The position numbers were made by a program, and so were the translations under genes. A DNA stretch of 63,045 nucleotides, the filler included, from Octopus bimaculoides (taxonomy: Eukaryota), in the NCBI RefSeq assembly GCF_001194135.2. It is 7 parts of 7 records of this genome, joined end to end, with 100 filler letters (N's around TTAATTAATTAA, not from the genome) between each part and the next. Parts side by side here need not be neighbours in the genome. Positions count along the whole stretch, not along the records: positions 1 to 14,404 come from NC_068981.1; 6 more parts are not named here. The stretch is one strand, 5' to 3'. Positions 1 through 14,404 of this stretch are shown one piece after another (position 1 is the stretch's first letter; every line of letters starts with the position of its first letter). The notes under the pieces were generated by a model. It was not told where the DNA came from. It worked only from the letters and a program-made list of their open reading frames with translations, and searched no databases.

Positions 1-219
1 TATAAGTTTATGTATATATTAATATTATCTCAGTTATTAAAACCTTTGATAATTTAAATATCTTAATAGTTACCAGTGGTAGCAAAATTACACTAAAAAA
101 CAAAATATCACAGCCGTTTTGCAGGTAGAGATACCAAGTTAAAGTGATACATTTTGTTTAGAAGATATGGATAATAATAATAAATGGAGCAAAACTCATA
201 TAAATAAAAGTTCCTTTAA

Positions 220-308
220 TTCCTACACATGTTTCAAAATAAATGAGAGATTACTTTCACAAAGAAGAAAGAGCTGCTGGGATTCCTCATATATTTCTCT
301 TCAGGGAG
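220..308 (-). ncRNA. Minimal type I hammerhead ribozyme fold (Penelope-type)
   Basis: Minus strand reads CUCC-CUGAAGA-stem II (GAAAUAUAUGAG/CUCAUUUAUUUU, 11 of 12 paired)-GAAA-CA-UG-UG-UA-GGA. Stem I is GGA/UCC, the cleavage triplet is GUA, and stem III ACAUGUGU is self-complementary. Folded by eye. Confidence 0.65.
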
Positions 309-400
309 TTCATAATAAGACATATAATAGAAAGACAAAAACGAAATGATAAGGTAACTTACGAGCAGATATGTCACATGGTCAGTGACTGTTAGAAGGT

Positions 401-488
401 TTGTTTACATAGAGATATAAAGGGGTCAATGATATTATTCCATGGGCTTTAGGAATAAGAACGCTTGTTTACATAGAGATATAAAGGG
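401..488. repeat. 24-bp perfect direct repeat in a probable Penelope-like terminal region
   Basis: ttgtttacatagagatataaaggg at 401-424 and 465-488, just upstream (minus strand) of the hammerhead. Confidence 0.8.
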
Positions 489-1323
489 AGGGGGTTGTAG
501 ACGTGATGCTAAAGGTTAAACTCAGAGAGTTATTTAAATAGAGGGAGAAAGACAAATATGTTGTAGTTCTGTTAAATTTGAAAGAGTGTGAGCTAATTGC
601 TGAGTCAAAAAAGGAGGAAGGGAGGGAACTAAGGTAGTACATCATATAAGGGAAACTAATAACATATTATTAAACCTTGGGAGAGGTTGAATTGTATTTA
701 ATTGTATTTCATTCAACACACGTATCCACATCAAGAATCTTGCACACGAAATACACATACGAAATATAATTACATATTTATATGTAGAGAATAAAGTGAA
801 TAAAAATAAATGAAACATCGTAGCCTAGTGAAGGTTTGTATATGCGTGTGCGTGCGCGTATATATATATATATATGTGTGTGTGTATGCGTGTGTACATG
901 CGCGTGCATGGAATAAGAGACTTTATTTCAACCAGCATTAACAGGCTTAGGGGTGCGAGGCAAAGATAAAGAGCAGCTGAAAATATACTGCCTGCACTGC
1001 CCCGTAATCCTCAAACTTGCAACATCTTGGGGCTACCTTGCATATCGCCAGCGGGACTGAAATGTTACATTCGCTAAAAGAATCATGGCTGACAAAGAAC
1101 GTGTAGGCTGTCGAATCCTCGTATGTCGGAAGCGACGGGTGAGTCTATCATATACACATATAGAGTTTCCAAGTAATTGAAAATAAAATATGAGTTGCTA
1201 TTTCTCCATTTTGTTTAAGGAAGTCTATGTATTTGTTTCATTTGGTTTTATTTTTATTATATTCGTTACTTGAACCCTAGTATTCATAAGGCCAGTATTC
1301 TGGTTTGCATGGTATATATGTGA

Positions 1324-1383
1324 ACATACACCGGAAGATGATGACATACACCGGATGATGATGACATACACCGGAACGGTGAT
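1324..1383. repeat. 20-bp tandem repeat x3
   Basis: acatacaccgga(a/t)gatgatg units start at 1324, 1344 and 1364; the third unit is degenerate at its 3' end. Confidence 0.9.
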
Positions 1384-2231
1384 TTGGAGTTAAGACATTT
1401 ATTTTAAGTATGATTAAGGAGAAATACTTTGAACTGTTATGTGAATTAATTCCATTACATCTCAACATTATTTATTCAATATCTCATTATTATAAAACTT
1501 TTATGCAATTTACATACCTTACATATTTTTTTAAATTCCTCCACGGAATCACATACTGATTTATATTCGAATTGCATATATATATATAAAGGAAAAAAAT
1601 TTATAATATTGTTTATGGCTGTCTTAATGTATTGATTAATAAGCGAAATCGCAAAATTTGATGAGTCAATTAATGTAAAATTTTAGGTGTAAGTGTATGT
1701 TGACTGTGTGTATATGCTTGCATGTATGCTGAAATAAATAAATAAATAAAAACAATAAAGATACAAGTAAATTATTTGAGTTTTTTTTTTTTTTCATTCT
1801 CTCGAAACCTCAAATTTGTAAGAAAAGTAAACCACGAAATACTGCTTATGTAGGAACTATTGAGTTTTAAGAATGGAACACCCGATTATGAATGCAGCAG
1901 GCTTCTCATTGATTGTTAAATATATAGTTTAAATCGATTACGAAATTTAAATAGATTTCTGAAACTGTAGAATAAGCTATAGACTAAGAAGTGACAAGAT
2001 AGAAAAGAATACTAAAGTTAGACACGGGCAGATTTCTTATAACTTAGGAAATTGTAACAAAAAATTTTAATCTTTGAAATAAAAATGAACGAATTGTATA
2101 GTGTGTTAAAATGAATAGGACACAAACTGTTGTCGTGAAGTATTACCTTCATATGACTGTATTAAGCACAGAGTTGGTATATCACAGATTTAATGTTCAA
2201 TATAATTTAATATAATTGTGTTCTGTTTCAC

Positions 2232-2370
2232 GTGACAAGCTAGCAGAATCGTTAGCACTCCAGGCAAAACGCTTAGCGGCATTTCACCCGTTTTAACGTT
2301 CTGCGTTCAAATTTCCCCTGAGGTCAATTTTTCCTTTCACACCTTTCAGGGGTCCGTTTAATTGAATTAC
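2232..2370 (+). mobile_element. tRNA-derived SINE family B, decayed 5' part
   Basis: gctagcagaatcgttagcactccaggcaaaacgcttagcggcatttc...gttcaaattt matches the family B copies at 7690, 17218 and 56401. Confidence 0.7.
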
Positions 2371-4103
2371 GGCTTCTCCCGAATTTTCTGGTCGTGTATC
2401 AAAATTTGTACTCAATAAAATAATGATCTTTAAATATACATCACTATATTCAAAACGTGCACATAAAACTGCGGCAGATATCTTCTCCGACAAGTATTAG
2501 CAGCAGCACTATTAGTAGTAGTGCTTGCTGTTATTGTAGTAGTAGTAGTGAATAGGCTTATGCAAAGCTTGTGATCGCTTGCAAGTCAATTGATGATGTG
2601 AAAATTATTCTTGATGACAGCAAGAATTAATGAAAAATGATAACGTAAATAAAATAGTAGTGTTGCGAAATATTTAAAACATGTATCTCTTTTATTAATT
2701 TACCAAAATAATTAGTTTCCCTGGTGTGTATAGCAATGAGTAAACGTTAGTAATCAATAATATCAATAGAAAACACTGACACATATCGTCATAATTATCA
2801 TCAGCTCTTTGAATTTGATTGATAGTTTGCTTTTCCTAAATGGTGGTACTGAATAATAGTAAGCTATTACAAACAGCATGTCTCAAAATCTCTAGCAAAT
2901 TACAAGGTGCATTATACCGTAAAATTTAGTTTTCTCAAACAGCATATTTTATCTCATCAACATGTTCATTTCTATTGTCCATGGAAACCGTGATTAGAAA
3001 CATAATGCCAACACCAATCATTTTAAATAGATTCTGTTATTATGTTTCACTTTCGGAATATTGGTTTATTCTTGAGAGACAGTGGAATTAAATGAAGATA
3101 TATTCGTTCCTCCGAACAGTTTTGAACACTCCTTAGAAATAAACAGGAAATGAATAAAACTACATTGAAATTAACGTACCAGAAAGAACGCGGAATTCTC
3201 GTGCTAAATCAAATATATTAGCAAAAGAATTATATTCACGAAATGTGAGTACGACTGTTTGTGTGTTTATCATTAATATATTATGTACTTGACTCTCTTT
3301 TTCGAATACGTTTTCCATTTCTTTTCTATGCATATAAATAATAATACCCCGTTTCACACTGTTGCGATTTTTTCAACAATTTCAATCCTTGCGAATCCCT
3401 TAATTACAACTCTCCGTAAATTGTAGACTAAGCGTCTGCATTTCGTTTTATATTTAACATTTGTTATCATCTTGTGTATTTAAATTTTCTTTATTTCCCT
3501 CAATTTCTCTCACTTTTCGAAAAACATATTTATTTCTATATTTGTCTGAACACGCGGCAATTAAAATTTACTTCATCTAAATACAACTCTTCCTTCCGAC
3601 GTCCTCTCTATATAGCCATTTCTTTTCCTTCCTTCACTCTCTGTCAGGTAAAGTTCAATCTATTTCATAATTATTCAAATGTACATATTTCACAATTGTC
3701 ATATATTTATGTCTCTGATTTTTAAGCTATTTCTCTCGCAATCAGAGCATATTACTTAAGCACAATTTACGCATATCTTCAGTAAACTCGCCGTCACAAA
3801 CAATATTTATAAAGCATGTACATAGACACATGCTTATAGCTGATAAATCCTAGTCATGTTTCCAAATCGTCTTCTCACATTCATTGCACACAGAGACCAT
3901 AGTAACGTAGCAAAATAACATTAGCTTCAGACCACGTCAATTGACGGGCCTTCAATAAAGTTGCAGAAATTAGTAGCTAGTCGAAAGTAACAGGCTTCAA
4001 ATCCAATTGCTAGATGTCTGTGGATGAGGGACGTACGTGGGACACATATAAACCAAATTTACGGTACTGAACAATTGACTAGAATACACACACATACACA
4101 TAC

Positions 4104-4152
<49 letters not shown>

Positions 4153-4289
4153 TATGTGTTTCCCTGTGTTTAATTGTTGTGGACCCCTAAAACTAAGGCT
4201 TATTGCTGTATTGAGTCCTTATTCGAGATGGAGAAGATAGAATCCCTTGTATCATGCAGTGCCGTGCAGGTCGGTTATTTATGTAAAGG

Positions 4290-4630
4290 CTTCAACTCCA
4301 CCACTTGTTTGACGTTTCGACAATTGTAGTTAAAAGCAGTAGTCAAGACGACAAAGAACGATCGCTCTGCATAGGATCAATATGGTATCCGCTTTTCTGA
4401 TTCTGAATGATCATGGAATTTATCCAACCTCTCACAGGCACAGTGTTGGCATCTTGGAAATGTGCGCTTGGAATATTTCATCATTACTCATGCGGATTCC
4501 CAGTGCATGGACTGATTCTGAGTGTGAGATAGCACTACACCCTGGTCCTATGTATTCCGATTGTAGACTGTTTGTGGGCCGATAGTTGAATGCTTGAAAC
4601 TTCCCAGCATCAAACTGCTTATTATTTGCA
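4290..4630 (-). mobile_element. CR1/L2-like LINE reverse transcriptase C-terminal fragment
   Basis: Translation NNKQFDAGKFQ...ESVHALGIRMSNDEIFQAHI resembles the CR1-like xxDLGVxxxxxLxFxxHI segment; it contains stops. Confidence 0.65.
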
Positions 4631-4682
4631 TATTGCATGCTGGTCGATTTACAGTTTTAGCATATGGGTGTGTGTATGTGTA

Positions 4683-4720
<38 letters not shown>

Positions 4721-6250
4721 TGTGTATGTGTATGTGTGTGCGTGCGTGTGCGTGCGTGCGTGTGCTTGATTGCGAATTCAATTTCTCTTTATCCTAATCC
4801 TATCAGGGAAAATTCTAAATATTAAACAAGAAACTTATTTTGTATTTTTACATCAGTAAACATTCACAAAATGCGTGCATATGCACGAAGGAAATAATTG
4901 TTAATTGTGAAATAGAATTTGATTTTGGTCTTATATCAGAATGAGATATTTTCTATGGGAAAAATGTACGAAAAAGTATGAGGAGGTGAAGCGGAAGAAA
5001 AACAACTACGAGAAAAATTCAACGGAAGATAGATTAATATGAGATTGCGAAATAGTTGAACAGATTATTTTGATCAGCATGGAGTTAGATGGGTTAATTA
5101 AAGAGAGCCTTGTAGGTAAATAATATATCACACTATAATACTGGTCACCAGTATAAAGTATTAATGTAGCGGATAAATAAATAAAAAGGAACGCGTAAGG
5201 ACGAAATACATCCGTAGAAACAGATGCGCATACATATTTACACATGCACACAATACATTGTCAGCTCAAATTTGTTGAGAGCTGCGAAAATCAGTGCGGA
5301 TAATACTTTCTAAGATCCATGTTATTATTGAAATAGAATGCTAAGATACCATTGCTGTTGGTCACGTATAGTAGCACGTTCACTCTGAGCGTCAGAGTTG
5401 AGATTCGCTTGTTTCCATTTATAGCGAACCATATCTGAACTTAAGTTGCTTAAGCGCATTTGACGTTCAATATTAAAGTCACCCAACAGAAATACGTGGA
5501 TCTGATGTTACGGATTCCTTTTTCATTCTGAATCCCACTTGAAATTTTCCATTGACATTTGAAGCGTGAAGTGGTCTGTGAAAATATGCTATACATATTA
5601 CCACATCGAGTAAGAATAAAGTGTCGACGAGTGAATATAGATAAAACAACATGATTAATAGTGTTACATTTTCAAAATGCTCCTGGAAAATCCATCATTT
5701 TTGTTTTTTGATGTCATTGCAAAACCACAACAGACTTAATGGTGAGTATTTCTACACCAACTATAGCCATAAACAGCGTCGTTTCTGAAAGTGTTATTGA
5801 TTTTATTCGAATGCATACCACGGAGAAATTCGCCATTCTCACTCTGTTATTTGCATGAATCTTTTGTGTGGCTGCCCGAAGCGTTGAATGCAACATGCCA
5901 GCTATTGGACAGTTATTTTGTGTTTCAATTAAACACTACCACATGAACTGTTTCTGTTTAAAGGCGCTCGCATTCTATGTGTTACGTGCATATTCAGGTG
6001 TATTTTGCCTCAATCATTTTGGCTTAGTGAGAGTTAGCTGATAAAACAACCTGATCCTTTAATTTGAGAATTCCATTTCGTCTTGATTAGTTTAGGATTT
6101 TTTTAAACATTTCACCTCTAATATATACAGCTTTGTCGGTATTCTTCTCTTTCACACTAAGCGGGTTTTCGAGAAGAAGAGCAAAGTAATTCTGGATCGA
6201 AATGGATTTAATATTAAGGTAATAAATATGTTTAAATATTCTTGACTTAT

Positions 6251-6770
6251 TACGAGATTGGGCTGAAAAGTTCAGGGGTTGAATACAAAGGAGTGACGGA
6301 AGTGATGGAAATTTTGCTGTGAAATATTCTTATTAATAACTGCATTGTTTCTTTCCGGTAAACTGACATTTGCCTCTTCAAAGAAGAGTTTAATTGTAAA
6401 TAGTGGCAATTCTCTTGAACATAGACAAAATTTAGTATTATAGTCTTATCAACCACCTGACAAAAAGCAGTTAAGGCCAAAAGACATTCATGCTGACATG
6501 GCTGCTAATTTAGGAAATGAGGCTCCAGCTTTATCAGGGCAAAAGTGGGCAGCTGACTTTAAGAGGGGAAGGAGGGTTTTGAAGATGATCTAAGATCTGG
6601 ACGTCCTGCAACTACAACCACCTAGGAAAACATTGATTGCATTCATCAAATACTGAATGATAACAGGCTATTCACTATACATCAGAAAGCCACTGCTATA
6701 AGCAAATCTCGTGAGAAAGGTCAGAATGTTCTGGACAATGAATTTGGAGTGACACATGATAAAACCGCAC
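6251..6770 (+). mobile_element. Mariner transposon 5' half (TIR plus N-terminal transposase), decayed
   Basis: TIR tacgagattgggctgaaaagttc; translation KDIHADMAANLGNEAPALS..QKWAADFKRGR..EDDLRSGRPAT (HTH and GRPR-like motif). Confidence 0.85.
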
Positions 6771-6896
6771 CCGTATTACAAATTTTCCCCTGGAGTTTTT
6801 CAAATTTTAAAACTAGTATTCTGTATAGTACGTTTTTCTTGATGATGTCTGATCTCCTTCATCGTGTGAGTTGCACCATGGTGGTTCTTCTCTAAA

Positions 6897-6930
<34 letters not shown>

Positions 6931-7689
6931 NNNNNNNNNNNNNNATATATATACATGCATATATATATATATTTAATTATATATATATATATATACATAT
7001 CGATACACAGTCGCCTAATGTCGAATAGCGAAAAACGGCGCTAAACTCTGCATTGGATGTTTTCATGTGAAGAAATCTTGCTGAGTTATCTAAAATGGAG
7101 ACCGACTAGAATAGAAGCTACGCTGTAGTGTGATGCAGCCTGTGGACAGACAAAATTCTTTAAGTTCTGTTGTGCAGTAGAAATAACCATATATAAATTA
7201 AAGAATAACCAGGGTACATATACTTGATACTTGTATTATTTCGTTTACATTGTTTAGATAGCTAATAAACAATCATCGATAATTGACAGTTAGTAGATAT
7301 TATATTGATGGTGAAACTCCTCATTAGATGTCATGGGGCCATACAATATTTTTTTATGGACTAGATAGTAAGAGGATTTAATTTATTGCACCTACTCCAA
7401 TACTTTACAGGTAAATCATTTTTCCAACCCAAATCCATGAAAGGTAACTTTTACGATTTGAGCTCAGAACATAAAAAGCCGTAGATTATGTTGCAAATCC
7501 ACTGTGTTAAATGTTTCTGCAACTTCGTTACTCTTGATTGTCGATATAATAAGAACTAATCATTCATTATTGATTAATAATTATCAACGACCGTGACGCT
7601 GATTGTGAAATAATTAGAATATGAAGACAGTGTTATTGAAAAATCAGAATTCCGGAACAGCATGACAAGTGATATTGAATAGTATTTAA

Positions 7690-7915
7690 AGCCGGCCAGC
7701 TGGTTGAATCCTTCCAGCGCCATGCAAAATGCTTAGCGGCATTGCGTCCGTTTCATGTTCTCGGTTAAAATTCCGCCGAGTTCAACTTTGTCTTTAAACC
7801 TTTCGGGGTGGATAAAACAAGCATCATTTGGGCACTGGAGGCAATGTAATCGATTTATCCCACCCCTCTCCCCATCGACATTGCTGGTCCTGTGCCAAAA
7901 TCTGAAATCGATATC
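7690..7915 (+). mobile_element. tRNA-derived SINE family B
   Basis: Body aaatgcttagcggcattgcgtccg...aaattccgccgagttcaactttgtc; tail tgtgccaaaatctgaaa. Confidence 0.75.
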
Positions 7916-8441
7916 AAATAGTTTATAATTTTGACTAAAATATCAAAAATGCAATCAATCCAGACACTATTCTGCTTGTAATAGCTATCACAGAAAATGC
8001 GATTGCTCGAGTTTACCCCTTCAACTAAAATAGTAAAGAAAAATGGAGTTTCGTGGAGTAACTGTGTTTAAGGGTGAGCAGTAGCAGTAACTTTACTGAG
8101 AATGTGGAACAATTATTTCATAAATAATGTCCGATGTTCACTCGGTATCTTACGTAGAAAAACAAATTATAATCTACCTTAGCGCTAGTATCATCTGTTA
8201 ACAAGTGACTGAAAACAAATTCAGCATCACTCTTTCAAAATCAACTATATATACACATACAAGTTTTATTGAGTTTGAAAAGTTTTTCAAATTGTTACTC
8301 AATTTCAGTGAATTCATTAAAAGATAGATGGAAGCCCTAAATAACATTTTGCTTTTTCAGCTTGAATGCGACACTATATTTTACTCTAACTTTAGTATAC
8401 GAGTACAAACCCCTTCACCTTTACCTGCATCTAATCGCTCG

Positions 8442-8479
<38 letters not shown>

Positions 8480-8541
8480 NNNNNNNNNNNNNNNNNNNNN
8501 NNNNNNNNNNNNNNNNNNNNNNNNNNNNNNNNNTGTGTGTG

Positions 8542-8576
<35 letters not shown>

Positions 8577-11517
8577 GGGTGTGTGTGTGTGTATGTGATA
8601 CAATTAAGATTCAGTAGAATTAGGTACTTAAATAGAGGCACCTTGTTAGGTCGGAATAATATGTACACCCAAATGATATTAAGTGAATTTCAAACAGGGT
8701 GCAGAAGTGCCAGTGCCTGATATTTTTAAAATCTATCCAGATAATACGACCCAGCTTAGGGAAGTGATCCACTCTTGGCTATTCAGACATGTACTTTATG
8801 CTAAACACTTTCTATAATATTTTCAAAGCGCAGATTCCAGGATAGGTGAATAATGTATAAATGAGTAACAAAGAGGTACAGGTGTCAATTCGTTACGGCT
8901 GTTTAGAGCGATTCCTTTATTTGAGTAATGAAAGTATTAAATCATTCCAAAGAATCTGTTTTCGTCAGGTGACTACATGAACTTCAAACATTACGAACAA
9001 TTCAACTGATGTTATATAGTCACAATGCCACAGAGCCAAAATATTTACATTGATTCTCTTGCTATTCAGTTGGTAGAATGAATGTTATATCGTGTCAGAA
9101 CAAATAGAATTTAGAGTATAGTATAGGTTATAGTTGGGAGAAGGAATAATTTAAATCAGTAACCCAGTCACGTATACTTCAAGACAAATGATGGAGGATT
9201 GTCTCCAACCGTCTAGAATTAAGTCTTAGGAGAGTTGTACATGCATTCTGGTCAGTGGTAATAAATTAATATCATGTCGGCCTACCAAATTATCATATGT
9301 GATGGAACAATACATCCGGCTTTATCTACAAAAGTGAGTAAGGTATGGAGTAGTAATAAGGGAATGAGCGATAGGGAAGGGATGATAAGTAGAAGAAAAA
9401 GAATAGGGACAACTGATATTACTTATTTTGATTNNNNNNNNNNNNNNNNNNNNNNNNNNNNNNNNNNNNNNNNNNNNNNNNNNNNNNNNNNNNNNNNNNN
9501 NNNNNNNNNNNNNNNNNNNNNNNNNNNNNNNNNNNNNNNNNNNNNNNNNNNNNNNNNNNNNNNNNNNNNNNNNNNNNNNNNNNNNNNNNNNNNNNNNNNN
9601 NNNNNNNNNNNNNNNNNNNNNNNNNNNNNNNNNNNNNNNNNNNNNNNNNTATATATATATATATTTAGACAATGTGCGACATCTGATAAACGGAAAACTG
9701 AATATGGCGAACTGGAGTATACCGTACGTAAAAGTACCATTTTGAAGCTGCTTTATAATCTGAAAACCTGGATGTTTTAAACATGTTCTTTTTAAAGGAA
9801 GGGGTCTTTGTTAATCTCATGAAATAGTGCACATAGTAGCAGTAACAATTTACCGATATCTCACTTTTATTTCGTTTCTAAATACTAAATTATATTTCAC
9901 CCAATAGAATTTGTTACCTATTTTTTCTTTCTCCCACCACTGGCTGGCTTACTAATAATGACATAATTTCTTCAGCACCATTCGCTTTATTCGCTTTATT
10001 TCTTCTCTTCTGAATATTTCAGACCAAATATTTAATAATGATGCACACTAGTTTATACCCATTTCTCAAAACCTTGTTCTTTAACCGGGTATTTTACCAT
10101 TTACATCAGATGAGTTAAAAACTTTGGAAATTTAGTATCTTTTATTTGAATGCTAACATTCTCAAATAGCATTTTTATCTTATCTATTAGCTGCGAAAAG
10201 TTTAGCAATCAGTGTAAAGAAGGTAATAATCATTTGTTTACAATTCATTTATATTTCGTATTTTATTTAAATATTTATATTTCAACAAATATTCTAACAA
10301 CACTACTCTGCTTCACTTTCCATAATGTTATTATATTTTCCGAAAATATATCATTAGGTTTTATCTCACGGAAATACTGCAAGATAGAAAAGGAATACAA
10401 GCACATCCGATGCAACACCAATGTATATACAGATGCATATTCTGAAAGATATGCATCTTTGTATTCGATACCATATACACATTCACACACATACAGGCAC
10501 ACACGCTCACACAAACCCACATTCAGTTATACACACTGGCTTTTGTTACATAGTGTTAACAAAAGCAGCTACTTCACTGCTTAATTATGTTAAATTGGTG
10601 ATATCCCCCACATCGCACCTTACCAACCTTCAACGCGAACACAGTGCACTTGTTTAAATTGGGTTATATATCTCTCTTCCATTTCGATCTTATAAGTCCA
10701 ATTAACCTGAAAACAATGGCTTATAAATCAAGGAGGTACTTGTTCCATTCTAAAACCTTGAGGTCATACTTACGAATAACTTTATGTCTCTTCGGTAGCG
10801 TTTCCGAAACTAATTTTAAGGATGTATTTCTGAGATATTTGAATATGTTTAACTAATCGCTTTGTTGATTCCCGTGTGATAATTATATATGTGCGTGTAT
10901 CTCTGTGAATATAAGTGGTGAGAAAAAAGACATACAATAACTATTTGTCGACTCACTTATGTACCAGAATAGCTTCTCAAGAAGTTATGGTTGATTCGGA
11001 ATGAAAGTACATAGAGTCAACATATAACTAGCTTCATTTCAATTAATCTATATACAGTCATTTTCCCGTGAGATCTAATTCTCTAGCACCAGACTGTGTG
11101 TGTGAATGGATATGAATTATTAATTGGAGAGTGCCATGAAAAATATGCATTCAGCTTCTCTAAGAATTAAAGCACAATGTTGTCCACAAATATCATATAT
11201 ATTATTAAGCTTGATTGTTATAGTCGGTCAGAAGTGGCCATTGCTTTCGCACCTATAAAGCGCTAAGCTCTGTAAATGACTTTTCAGCCTAAAATAACCG
11301 ATGGCACACAACGTCTAAATTCAATTGAGATAGAGAATACCACGGTTACTTTGTAAACAAAAAATATACAAAAGTTTCGAGTTTAGTTACTATAGGCAAT
11401 ATTGGGTCATCTCGCCTATATCGCCTTTGCCGTGATATTCTAAGGTTCTCGCATTGTTTTATTTTTTAATCCAACACTATTTTTTAATCCAATATTAATT
11501 TTTTAATGCAACATCTG

Positions 11518-11700
11518 GGCGTGGCCGTGTTCTAAGATGCTGTTGGTTTTGCTGCTTTATTTGACATTTGGTGAGTTCGAAAATTGCAGGTACGGTTCCG
11601 GCTGTGATGGCGTTCTAAGATGCAGCTAATGTTGATTTATCCAACATTTCGGCTCCGTCACTGGTTCTGTTCAAAGAGGGCGATGTAGATGTTTTATCAA
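11518..11700 (-). mobile_element. Probable Penelope-like pseudo-LTR remnant
   Basis: Minus-strand gccgaaatgttgg end motif and an internal repeat gttctaagatgc x2; no intact CUGANGA. Confidence 0.35.
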
Positions 11701-11984
11701 CCATATGGTAGGCGGGATGGGGAAATTCAAGCTTGTAAGAGTGCATAGTTAAGATAATGCCACTGAAAAAATCTTGTTTCTTCGTGGTTATACAAGTACT
11801 CAGGTCAAGCGAGTTATTTAGGATTCTTGTCCTCTCTTACAAAGTCTGCTCCCTATTACAAAAGGACCTGGTTGCGCAAGGATCTTTCATTTCATTACAT
11901 TTGGGGCTATTTCCAAATATATATATACATATATGTGTGTGTGTGCGCGCGCATGTGCATGCATGTGTGCGCGTGTCCGTGGTA

Positions 11985-12610
11985 AGTGGGGTATCATTTC
12001 CCATTCACACTGCTCCAGCTTTTGGAATGTCATCCTCGCTGTATGTAACCGAGAATTATCCTGATGGAAGAACGCCTTTTGTTTTGGAACCAACGATTGT
12101 CGTTTTTCTTCTAACGCTGATTTAACTTGCTCAAGCTGCTTACAGTAGATTTTCTTTGTTATTGCTTGGTTTGGGTTTAAATGTTCAAAATGAACTAAAC
12201 CATTCAATCCCACCAAACAAATAACAACAATCTACGTGGATGAAGACCTTATTTGGCCTGGGGAGGCGACGTTTCTCCTTTCCTTACCCACTGTCTTCGG
12301 TGTTTGACATATTTATAGCCAGTCACTATTCGTTCCAAAACAGGTTCATTTGTGAGACATAAGAACAGAACACATTCACTCTCTGCATGCGATTAGACTC
12401 GGAAAGATTGTGAGGAACCCATTGACCCAATTGGCTGATTTTACAGTGGCACGCAGGTGTCGATGAATGGTTGAATGTCCAAATCCAAGCTTCTCTGTAC
12501 TTTAACAGTTACGATGATGTTTTGCAGGGTTTTCAGGACGTACTCATCGAGCTGTACAGATCTTCCAGGACAAGGCTCGTTTTCTAGACTGTAGGTTCCG
12601 GCCCGGAATT
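11985..12610 (-). mobile_element. Mariner (DD34D-type) transposase pseudogene
   Basis: Motifs WVPHNL, LHPRRLLLFVWWD and FHQDNSRLHTA...WEMIPH; frameshifted and truncated by a (GT)/(GC) repeat. Confidence 0.9.
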
Positions 12611-13424
12611 TCTGGAATCACTTTTGACGTTGATATACCATTCACTTTCCGTATATATATATATATATACATATATGTGTGCGTGTGTGTATCGGTGTTT
12701 CTTTGTGTGTGTGTGTATCCACGTTGCCACAAATACTACACATGTCCAAGCATCAAAGAACTCCTCAAATTTCAGAGAACTTTTCATTCAAAAAAGCTAT
12801 TCTGGACTTTCCATTTATTCACTATATTTGGTTCTTTGCATTCTTTACCTACCCCTCTCCGAATACAAAACAAAAATTCTGCCTCATTAATTGATTTGTG
12901 AACTACTATAAATGTATGCATCAAACCAACACCATGTTGCACACAGAGTAGCGAAATGTACACATTTTAACATTGTAACTGATTATGTAACTTGATGAGG
13001 TTTCCTCTGCGCTGTGGGATGCATTCAATTCTATTACAACTTTCACCACCCTCTAGGGAGCAGTACAGATGCAAGCCGAAAATAAAGCTCCCAACACACT
13101 GTGTCTTCTCTATCAATTATTTAAGATATCTATATGTTTATACATACACAGGAATACACACGTACACGCACACATTCACTCACACACACACAAACAGATA
13201 CACACACACATACACACACATACAAACACACACATAGACACACACATACACACGTATATAAATTCAGAATAAGCTTCTCGATGTCATAACGTCATATAAG
13301 ATCGGGAAATCGGAAGATAAATCCAAGTTATCACAATCTGTATACTGTTATTTTGGAGTTTCTATTTTCAGTTTGAAATGTTTAGCGATCCGAGTTCAAA
13401 TCTCAATAAGACCTTAAATTTTTA

Positions 13425-13832
13425 GGCGCAGGAATGGCTTTGGGGTAAGTAGCTTGCTTACCAACCACATATGGTTCCCGGTTCAGTCCCACTGCGTGGC
13501 ATCTTGGGCAAGTGTCTTCTACTATAGCCTCGGGTCGACCAAAGCCTTGTGAGTGGATTTGGTAGTCGGAAACTAAAAGAAGCCCGTCGTATATATGTAT
13601 ATATATATATATATATGAGTGTATCTGTGTCTGTCCCCCTAGCATTGCTTGACAACCGATGTTCGTGTGCTTATGTCCCCGTCGCCTAGCGGTTCAGCAA
13701 AAGAGACCGATAGAATAAGTACTAGGCTTACAAAGAATAAATCCCGGGGTCGATTTGCTCGACTAAAGGCGGTACTCCAGCATGGCCACAGTCAAATGAC
13801 TGAAACAAGTAAAAGACTAAAAGCGTAAAAGA
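13425..13832 (+). mobile_element. tRNA-derived SINE family A, full length
   Basis: tRNA-like head (ggttcagtccc B-box), a ccttgggcaagtgtc CORE-like segment, internal (TA)n and a tgaaacaagtaaaaga tail; many copies in the window. Confidence 0.9.
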
Positions 13833-14357
13833 GATGTGACTTTACGAATTAAGCCACGCAAACCATCTATTGAAAGTGACGGTCACACTCATGTATATCG
13901 AATTCTGTATACAGCCATCTTTGAATCACAATACAGAAAAAAAATATCATTAACTACAGATTCTAGTATTAATAATGTAGCTTAGCATGTGCGAAGTAAA
14001 GTACAAGAGTAAATACAGAGAGCATTTACATTATTGTATGTGGACGGCAATTGTTTATTACTTATAAACAGATATTATGCAGCTGGGAGTAACACAACAC
14101 AACATAACTTAAAAGCAATATTGAAATAACTAAGTGTTCGTTAAGACGAATAATAGAATATATCGACTGAACGGAAGCCAGACAGTCATCATTAATTACA
14201 GAGAACTGTACATATTTAAGAAACTTGTCTGGAAGGACAACGCTAACTAGATGTATAGAGAGGATGTTTTTAATACCGAAATATTTATACTACTGTCAAA
14301 ATTCTTCTTATATATTATACGGTAATATATGCATACATACACGCCAATGTATCTTGG

Positions 14358-14404
<47 letters not shown>

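Noticed and set aside
3160-3357. ORF ending ...IFDLAREFRVLSG with a GT donor, vaguely like a receptor ligand-binding segment
   Set aside because: No good acceptor; the implied intron is only 48 nt and a stop follows; no recognisable motif.
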